NCBI GenBank assembly: GCA_965208835.1
Contig: OZ242358.1
Coordinates: 4,160,001 to 4,224,000, forward strand
Direction of reading: 5' to 3'
Length of the DNA stretch: 64,000 bases
From: Candidatus Latescibacterota bacterium
GTDB lineage: Bacteria; Latescibacterota; UBA2968; GCA-2709665
Under the pieces are notes generated by a model. It did not search any database. It was not told where the DNA came from and saw nothing but the letters and a program-made list of their open reading frames with translations. Below are positions 57,263 to 64,000 of this stretch, one piece after another (position 1 is the stretch's first letter; the number at the start of each line of letters is the position of its first letter). The position numbers and the translations under genes were made by a program.

Positions 57263-58906
57263 ATGACCGGCAAACTGCCCATCAACATTGACCACCTGCT
57301 TCGCCAGCGCCCCATCGAAGGCGAACGCGTCGAGTACAGGACTGGCTGGAATCCGCAGAGGGTGCTGCACACGATCTGCGCCTTCGCCAACGACTTCCAC
57401 AATCTGGGCGGCGGATACGTGGTCCTGGGCGTCGAGGAACATAAGGGCCGGCCGATTTTGCCGCCCAAGGGAATCATGCCCGATACCATCGATACGATAC
57501 AGAAGGAACTACTCAATCTGGGGCATTCCGCGATTCAACCACATTACCATCCCCTCGCCGCTACCTATAACGTCGATGGCCAGACCATCCTCGTCCTCTG
57601 GGCGCCTGGCGGCGAAACCCGTCCCTACAAGGCCAAAGTGAATTTAAGTGGGGAGCGCAATGATTGGGCGTACTACATCCGCAGACACAGCAGCACTGTT
57701 CGCGCCAGGGCGCAGGACGAGCGTGAGCTGCTCAGTCTGGCGGCCACAGTGCCTTTCGATGACCGGTATCGCCAGACGGCTTCGCTTGACGACCTGTCCC
57801 ATCGGCTGATCCGTGAGTTTCTCGGAGAAATCGGCAGCGAACTGGCATCGGACGCAGTGGGCATGTCTGTCGAGGACATTGGCAAGCGCCTGAACATCGT
57901 CGGAGGCCCTCCAGAAGCGATGTTCCCCAAGAACGTAGGTCTGCTTTTCTTCAACGACCGCCCGCACGACTTTTTTCCGGCAACCCAGATCGATGTCGTG
58001 TGGTTTCCCGATGGACCGGGCGGCGATCAGTTCGAGGAGAAGGAGTTCCGCGGGCCGTTGTCCATCATTCTCAGCGAGGCGATCGGCTACATTGAGCGGA
58101 ACTACCTGAAGGAAACCGTCGTCAAGTATCCCCACAAGCCGGAGGCCGAGCGATTCTGGAATTTCCCGATTGGCGCTATCGAAGAAGCGCTGGTGAACGC
58201 CATCTACCATCGCTCATACGAGGAGAGGGAGCCGGTTGAAGTTCGGATCACCCACGAAGAGTTGCTGGTCTTGAGTTATCCCGGTGCGGATCGCTCCATC
58301 CGTATGGATGACTTCAAGAAGGGGCAGGCCGTGAGCAGGCGCTACCGCAACCGGCGTATTGGTGAGTTTCTGAAGGAACTCGACCTCGCCGAGGCCCGCT
58401 CAACCGGGGTGCCGAAGATTTTCCGGGCCATGCGGCAGAACGGATCACCGGAACCCATCTTCGAAAGCGACGAGGATCGGACCTGGTTTCGAGTGCGCCT
58501 GCCAGTGAATGAACGGGCTTTACTCGCCGCGACGGAACAAGATACAGGACAAGATACAGGACAAGATACAGGACAAGATAAGTCATTGAAAATTATTGGG
58601 AAAGGTCACGACACCCCACAAGATACCCAACAAGACACCCCACAAGATACAGAACAGGTCACAGACCAAATCCAGCAACTGTTGGTTGTGCTCACGGGAG
58701 AGATGAGCCGCGCCAGTATCCAGGCGGGATTGGAACTCAAAGGCCGACACCATTTCATCGAATCGTACCTGAATCCTGCCCTGGAGGCCGGATTGATTGA
58801 AATGACTCTCCCGGAAAAACCCACGAGCCGCCACCAGCGCTACCGCCGCACTCCTAGAGGCGAGGCGTTCCTGGAACAGATTAAGGGAAAGAACGACGCG
58901 AAATGA
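57263..58906 (+). CDS. AlbA_2/Schlafen-domain protein with RecG-C (HATPase_c_4)-like and C-terminal HTH domains
   Basis: EGERVEY, ICAFAN...GGYVVLGV, EEALVNAIYHRSY, RYRNRRIGEFLKEL, YLNPALEAGLIEMTLPEKPTSRHQRYR. Confidence 0.88.
   Translation: MTGKLPINIDHLLRQRPIEGERVEYRTGWNPQRVLHTICAFANDFHNLGGGYVVLGVEEHKGRPILPPKGIMPDTIDTIQKELLNLGHSAIQPHYHPLAATYNVDGQTILVLWAPGGETRPYKAKVNLSGERNDWAYYIRRHSSTVRARAQDERELLSLAATVPFDDRYRQTASLDDLSHRLIREFLGEIGSELASDAVGMSVEDIGKRLNIVGGPPEAMFPKNVGLLFFNDRPHDFFPATQIDVVWFPDGPGGDQFEEKEFRGPLSIILSEAIGYIERNYLKETVVKYPHKPEAERFWNFPIGAIEEALVNAIYHRSYEEREPVEVRITHEELLVLSYPGADRSIRMDDFKKGQAVSRRYRNRRIGEFLKELDLAEARSTGVPKIFRAMRQNGSPEPIFESDEDRTWFRVRLPVNERALLAATEQDTGQDTGQDTGQDKSLKIIGKGHDTPQDTQQDTPQDTEQVTDQIQQLLVVLTGEMSRASIQAGLELKGRHHFIESYLNPALEAGLIEMTLPEKPTSRHQRYRRTPRGEAFLEQIKGKNDAK
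58537..58650 (+). repeat. Two in-frame 12-bp tandem repeats (QDTG x3; DTPQ/DTQQ x3)
   Basis: ACAAGATACAGG x3 plus a partial copy at 58537-58580. GAYACCCMACAA x3 at 58610-58645. Confidence 0.9.
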
Positions 58907-59101
58907 AGACCTCGTCCATCGCATTCAAAGTAAGGAAGAAGGATGAAAAACGTCGAAGGAAGAAGGAAAAAGGAGGAAGGAAGAATTGCGGTATCTTTGA
59001 ATTGGCAGGCCTTGAGAGTGGCATGTAATTCGAGATCCATATCGAAGCCGTACGCTGGTACGTACGTCGTAACTATCATCCTCCGGGTCTGAGGCGGCAG
59101 G

Positions 59102-59710
59102 TTAATTGGAGTGGGCAAAATGGCCGCGCCTACGCGCGTCCCACTGGATACCATTCTGCCGTCTACTGTTTGACTTGAGGCTGGCCCGAAGTTCTTCATA
59201 AGCCTTGTCGACTGATGTCACTTCATCACGTCGCCATCCGTCCCAGACGTCCTTTAACGCTAATCCAACACCGGCGGCTCCCAAAGCACCGACACCGTAG
59301 CCTATATGCTCTGATGTGTTGCTCTGCAATTTTCTTACCCGGTCAAAGTCCGGAGTCTCGAAAACTGCCCTCCAGTCGTAATACCGGCCGAGTTCGTGTA
59401 ACCACAATCCGCCTTCCATTAACCCAATCCCAGTGAGAAATTGCATAGTGAGGCGAAACTTCTTCACGGGTTTATGTGCCTTAGGGGGCGTATCCCTGTC
59501 ACGATCCAAGATACTCTTGACGGATATAGCTGTGATCATAGCGCCGGCCATACCCAATAAATACGCTTTGTTTTCGCCGTTGTTCGAGTCCACGTACCAG
59601 TCAAGCCGTTCCCATTGGTGGATGTAAATCTTTTCATCCACATCGTGATGAACAAATCCACCCCAGAACATACCGGTTCCAAGTAGAATACCGAAAATTG
59701 AAAGTTTCAT
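59102..59710 (-). CDS. Hypothetical membrane protein, lower GC
   Basis: GAGGAG RBS and ATG 59710. Four hydrophobic segments arranged as two similar halves. Confidence 0.6.
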   Translation of the reverse strand: MKLSIFGILLGTGMFWGGFVHHDVDEKIYIHQWERLDWYVDSNNGENKAYLLGMAGAMITAISVKSILDRDRDTPPKAHKPVKKFRLTMQFLTGIGLMEGGLWLHELGRYYDWRAVFETPDFDRVRKLQSNTSEHIGYGVGALGAAGVGLALKDVWDGWRRDEVTSVDKAYEELRASLKSNSRRQNGIQWDARRRGHFAHSN

Positions 59711-59907
59711 ATCCGAACTCCTCTCGACGTGTTCCCGGACTCGGATAATGTACCGGATTTCCAATATCGGAACAAGCCTCAGAGGATTCCATATTTACTC
59801 CAAATCCAAGCGACAGACCACGCGATTATCCTGCCTTTATTTCTTCCTTTTTCCTTCTTCATTTTTCTTTTCTCTCGCGGTTGCCCTCGTCCTGATTGGA
59901 GGAAGTC

Positions 59908-60144
59908 TTGCCCAAACTCAACGCCAAGCGACAGATCACGCTACCGGCTGATCAATGCCGTTTAGCTGGCATCGAGCCGGGCGACGAGTGCCTGAGTTTC
60001 GTGGCCGATGGCCGCATCACCATCGTCCGCCAGCAGCCCGGCAGCGCCTGGGGATGCCTGGCGCATCTTGAAGGAGACCCGTCGGTTTCAGACGAGGAAT
60101 CGCGCCAGGACGCCATTGGAAGAAAGCAAGGCCAATCGCCGTGA
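59908..60144 (+). CDS. AbrB/MazE/SpoVT-family antitoxin
   Basis: GGAGG RBS and TTG start. KLNAKRQITLP......GIEPGD....V.DGRITI. Confidence 0.88.
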   Translation: MPKLNAKRQITLPADQCRLAGIEPGDECLSFVADGRITIVRQQPGSAWGCLAHLEGDPSVSDEESRQDAIGRKQGQSP

Positions 60145-60541
60145 TCGCAATTGATACCAATGTCCCGCTGGGGATCTCTTGAGAGACGACGAAGCACAGG
60201 CTGAACGGGCGCGTCGCATTGTTGAAGGCGGTGAGCGCGTTCTCATTTCGGACGTGGTTCTGGCGGAAACGACGTGGACTCTAGCCGGCCGCCGGTATCG
60301 GGCGACCCGGGCCGACCTGATCGATCTGGTCAACAACCTGCTGCAGGATTCCAACGTGCGCTTCGAGGATGATGAGGTGGTCTGGAGCGCGTTGCAGGCG
60401 TTTCGCAGAACGGAGGCGGACTTCGCAGACGCCCTGACCATGAGCAAGGCCAGAAAAACGGCCGCCGACGGAGACGAGTTCGGCGCGTTTTACACGTTCG
60501 ATGATGCTGCATTGCTACTGCCTGACACCGCGGAGCCGTAG
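60141..60541 (+). pseudogene. vapC: Frameshifted VapC (PIN) toxin
   Basis: GTG at 60141 gives MIAIDTNVPLGIS*. The remainder (LRDDEAQ...VVLAETTW...ADFADAL...YTFD) lies in another frame; about a 1-nt loss near 60170-60175. Confidence 0.82.
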
Positions 60542-60704
60542 CGGCTTCGGGAAGGAGGAAGTGAGAGTTGCGAGGTTGTGTCCAAGGCTTGTTGTGAACC
60601 ATCCATCTTGGAGAAACGTGGGTGGTTTTTCTTGAATTTTTTTTCCTGTCCCCTATCATCGGTGCGTACGCATCGATTGTAATAGCACACGGGAGGAGAA
60701 ATTT

Positions 60705-61007
60705 ATGGATGTCGATCAAGTTCGCGAGCTCATAGAGGATGCATTTCCATAATTGGTTTCTTCACAACGCAATAATCCAGACGGTTGGGCGTTTTTTTAT
60801 CAGCGTATTGAACATGGTCGTCGCATTGCTCGCGTCTTGGAATATAACAGAGGTGTTGAATTCAAGTTTGCGGTTTCTGCTCGAATTAATGAGCGTGAGG
60901 GATCATCCTTAGAGGGCACTGAAGTCATGATAAATGGACAGGAAGAAAAGCTCTGTGGTTGGATTCGTAAAGAGATAGCACGTTGGATTATTAATTATGG
61001 GGATTGA
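60705..61007 (+). pseudogene. Small low-GC hypothetical gene with an in-frame nonsense codon
   Basis: GGAGGAG RBS and ATG 60705 give MDVDQVRELIEDAFP, then TAA at 60750-60752; the same frame continues 84 codons. Confidence 0.65.
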
Positions 61008-61173
61008 AATGCCCTCTTGCCTCTCGCCTTTTTCCTTCCGCCTTCTTCCTTATTCCTTGTCCCTCTCGCGGTTCCCCTCCCCTTAGCGCGCATCTAGCCG
61101 TTTGACTTCGCCACGAAGTAGCGTTATCCGGTTTTAGCTGACGGCTGCGTGCTACACCTGATGCGTGACAGAT

Positions 61174-61206
61174 GACCCCGATGAACGATCTCATCGGGGT
61201 CTTTTC
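61174..61206 (+). terminator. Intrinsic terminator
   Basis: GACCCCGATGA-ACGATC-TCATCGGGGTC 11-bp perfect stem followed by TTTTCT. Confidence 0.7.
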
Positions 61207-61815
61207 TGTGTCGCAAAACGCGCCGATAGCGTCGCAAAATGCGTCACTTTTTGTTGTGGCCTGATTGAAGATTTCCATATATTGCGGGTTTTATGGGATA
61301 ACACATGTAGTTCGATGGAATTGTGCGAATCAGCGAAATAGGACGTTCGCATTGACTGACAATTACTGAACTCCGGAACAAAAGGCGCGCGACACGATCG
61401 ACGCGACCCGAAAACCCGTTCGCGGGAGATATTCAACCTCCCTCGAACGGAAACCATACTGGCATGGAACGCAAATGACGACTCGCTACACGTCAGGCCT
61501 CGGCCTTTTCCATTTCTCAAATGGGTCGTTCCCCGCTTTGCACGTTCGAGGCCTGCTCGACGCTCACCCGCGTTCCCGCGCTCGTGTACGCTGAAATGCT
61601 CTCAGCGACCCTTTGGCCACGAGGGGGCTTCAGACCTTGTCGTTACCTCCATGATCCGCCCTGGCTGCTACAAACTGGAGCGTCTGTAGTTGGACGCGTT
61701 TCGCATCGTTGGAAGTAGGCTACGTTCCCAAGCGCACTTTGAAAACGCGAGCTCGAAAATATGTTAGAGTCACACAAGGGATACGAGGAAACGGAAGCGT
61801 GAGAGAGGACAGAAA

Positions 61816-64000
61816 GTGAAACGAGAGAAAATCACGCTCGCCCAACTCGAATCCTTCCTCCTGAAGGCAGCCGACATCCTGCGCGGCAAGATGGATGCCT
61901 CGGAATTCAAGGAATTTATCTTCGGCATGCTGTTCCTGAAGCGGTTGTCCGACGAGTTCGACCGCAAACGCGAGCAGCTCCGCAAGGAGACCTACGCACA
62001 CCTCAAAGACCAGCCGGATCTCGTCGCCGAGTTGCTCGAAGACAAGACGTCCTACGGCGAGACTCTCTTTGTTCCCGTCAGAGCCCGCTGGCACGAGCCC
62101 TGGAAAGACGATAGCGGCGATCTCGTGCCGGCCCTGAAGGACCTCAAGTACGACATCGGCAACATGCTCAACAAGGCCATCGCAGCCATCGAGGACGACA
62201 ACCATACGCTCACCAATGTACTGAAGAACAACATCGACTTCAACGCGGTGAAGGGCAGGACCAAGATCCCCGACCAGAAGTGGAAAGACCTGCTCGACCA
62301 CTTCAGCCAGCCCGGGTTCGTCCTCGTCAACGACAACTTCGAGTTCCCTGATTTGCTCGGCGCCGCCTACGAATACCTCATCAAGTTCTTCGCCGACAGC
62401 GCCGGCAAGAAGGGTGGTGAGTTCTACACCCCGGGCGAGGTCGTCCGCCTCCTCGTCCAGCTCACACAGCCGGAGGCCGGCAACACTATTTACGACCCTA
62501 CGGTCGGTTCCGGCGGCTTCCTCATTCAATCCCACCAGTACGTGGAAGAGCAGGGTCAAAACGCCGACGACCTCGCCCTATACGGCCAGGACGCCAATGG
62601 CACGGTCTGGTCGATCTGCATCATGAACATGATCCTCCACAACATCACCAAATCCACCATCGAGAACGGGGACACGCTGGAGGATCCGCTCATCCTCGAC
62701 AACGGACAGATCCGCAAGTTCGACCGGGTGCTCGCCAACCCGCCGTTCTCGCAGAACTACAGCCGCGCGAGCATGAAGTTTACCAACCGCTTCCGAGAGT
62801 GGTGCCCGGAGACCGGCAAGAAGGCCGACCTCATGTTCGTGCAGCACATGCTCGCCAGCCTCAAGCCCGACGGCAGGATGGCGACGATCATGCCGCACGG
62901 GGTCCTGTTCCGCGGTGGTAAGGAAAAGCTTATCCGCGAGCTTTTCATCAATGACGACTGTATCGAGGCCATCGTCAGCCTGCCGCCCGGCCTGTTCTAC
63001 GGTACCGGCATCCCCGCCTGCGTGCTGGTATGCAACAAGACCAAGCCCGACGCGCTCAAGGATAAGGTCCACTTCATCAATGCCGATCGCGAATTTGCAG
63101 AGGGCAAGAATCAGAACCGGCTTCGCCCCGAGGACATCGAAAAGATCGATTTCGTCTTCACCCACAAGCGCGACCTGTCCAAGTACTCGCGCCTCGTGAC
63201 CAAGTCCGAGATCGTGGACACCCACGACTACAACCTCAACATCCGGCGCTACGTGGACAACACGCCCGACCCGGAGCCGGAGGATGTCCAGGCGCACCTC
63301 ATCGGTGGCATCCCTGAGGCGGAGGTCGCTGCGCTCGCGGACGACTTCGCCAAGTTCGGCGTTAGCCCGGATTCACTCTTCGAGCCGGAACGTCCCGCTT
63401 ACCTCGCCTTTCGCGAGTCCATCGACGCCAAGTCCGCCATCAGGGCAGTGCTCGAAGCGGATCCGGCCCTGCTACGAACCCTCACCCTGCACCACGACGT
63501 GCTCGAAGCCTGGTGGGCCGTCGCCAGGGACGACTTTGTCCAGCTAAAGGAGGCTAGCAACGGCGGGAAGAAGATGCCCGAGGTCCGCCATGAGCTCCTT
63601 ACCAGCCTCAAGGCCAAGCTCGTGCCGCTGGGCGTGCTCGACGAGTTCAAGAGTGCCGGCGTCTTTGTCAACTGGTGGCAGCAGATCCGCTACGACCTCA
63701 AGACCATCGTCTCCACGGGTTGGCACCACACGCTCATCCCGGATGAATACCTCACCGCCGAGTACTTCCAAGTCGAGGCCGACGCCATCGAGGCGCTTGA
63801 AGCAACCATCGCTGAAGCCCAAGGTGAGTTGGCCGAGGCCGTCGAGACTGCCCAGGACGTAAACGGCTACGAGCCCGACGAGGACGAGAAGGTCACCGCA
63901 GCCGCCATCAAGAGGGCTCTCAAGGCGCTCATCGACGACCTGAAGGGTACCACCGGCGCCTCTGCGAGAAAGGAACTCAAGGACCTCACGGACCAAGACA
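61816..64000 (+). CDS. hsdM: Type I restriction-modification methyltransferase subunit M, partial (runs off right edge)
   Basis: Not in the ORF track. GAGGA RBS and GTG 61816: [79 protein letters not shown]. Confidence 0.95.
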   Translation, partial: MKREKITLAQLESFLLKAADILRGKMDASEFKEFIFGMLFLKRLSDEFDRKREQLRKETYAHLKDQPDLVAELLEDKTSYGETLFVPVRARWHEPWKDDSGDLVPALKDLKYDIGNMLNKAIAAIEDDNHTLTNVLKNNIDFNAVKGRTKIPDQKWKDLLDHFSQPGFVLVNDNFEFPDLLGAAYEYLIKFFADSAGKKGGEFYTPGEVVRLLVQLTQPEAGNTIYDPTVGSGGFLIQSHQYVEEQGQNADDLALYGQDANGTVWSICIMNMILHNITKSTIENGDTLEDPLILDNGQIRKFDRVLANPPFSQNYSRASMKFTNRFREWCPETGKKADLMFVQHMLASLKPDGRMATIMPHGVLFRGGKEKLIRELFINDDCIEAIVSLPPGLFYGTGIPACVLVCNKTKPDALKDKVHFINADREFAEGKNQNRLRPEDIEKIDFVFTHKRDLSKYSRLVTKSEIVDTHDYNLNIRRYVDNTPDPEPEDVQAHLIGGIPEAEVAALADDFAKFGVSPDSLFEPERPAYLAFRESIDAKSAIRAVLEADPALLRTLTLHHDVLEAWWAVARDDFVQLKEASNGGKKMPEVRHELLTSLKAKLVPLGVLDEFKSAGVFVNWWQQIRYDLKTIVSTGWHHTLIPDEYLTAEYFQVEADAIEALEATIAEAQGELAEAVETAQDVNGYEPDEDEKVTAAAIKRALKALIDDLKGTTGASARKELKDLTDQD

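Noticed and set aside
60750-60752. Stop-codon recoding (Sec/Pyl or alternative code)
   Set aside because: The codon is TAA, which is used as a normal stop by many genes in this window.
61720-63996. Minus-strand ORFs 61720-62559, 62578-63297 and 63544-63996
   Set aside because: Antisense to the clear hsdM frame on the plus strand.

Overview
High-GC bacterial DNA. The PorV/GWxTD/TonB-receptor cassette, DUF6785-like proteins and the dockerin/EF-hand tail suggest an FCB-group lineage such as Latescibacterota (inference). Bases 1-55.4 kb are an almost entirely minus-strand, PUL-like uptake and catabolism region. It carries a TonB-dependent receptor, a secreted surface protein, PorV-like, GWxTD/TPR and TonB genes, an Opp/Dpp ABC system, two DUF6785-like membrane proteins, five Gfo/Idh/MocA oxidoreductases (four GH109-like) and six stand-alone homocysteine S-methyltransferase (BHMT-like) paralogs. 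One of those six has lost all three Zn cysteines, and two are a recent tandem duplicate. Intergenic DNA holds 12 copies of a near length-invariant 77-bp dyad element (one copy 76 bp) with a central C-GNA-G mini-hairpin and heptamer-repeat arms. Ten copies cluster at 46-56 kb, where they bracket single genes, abut stop codons, mark the duplication junctions and are mosaics of each other. Bases 56-64 kb are a decaying defence/toxin-antitoxin island ending in a type I R-M hsdM gene that runs off the window. No rRNA, tRNA, CRISPR array, integrase or transposase was seen. All family assignments are by-eye motif recognition; no database search was run.
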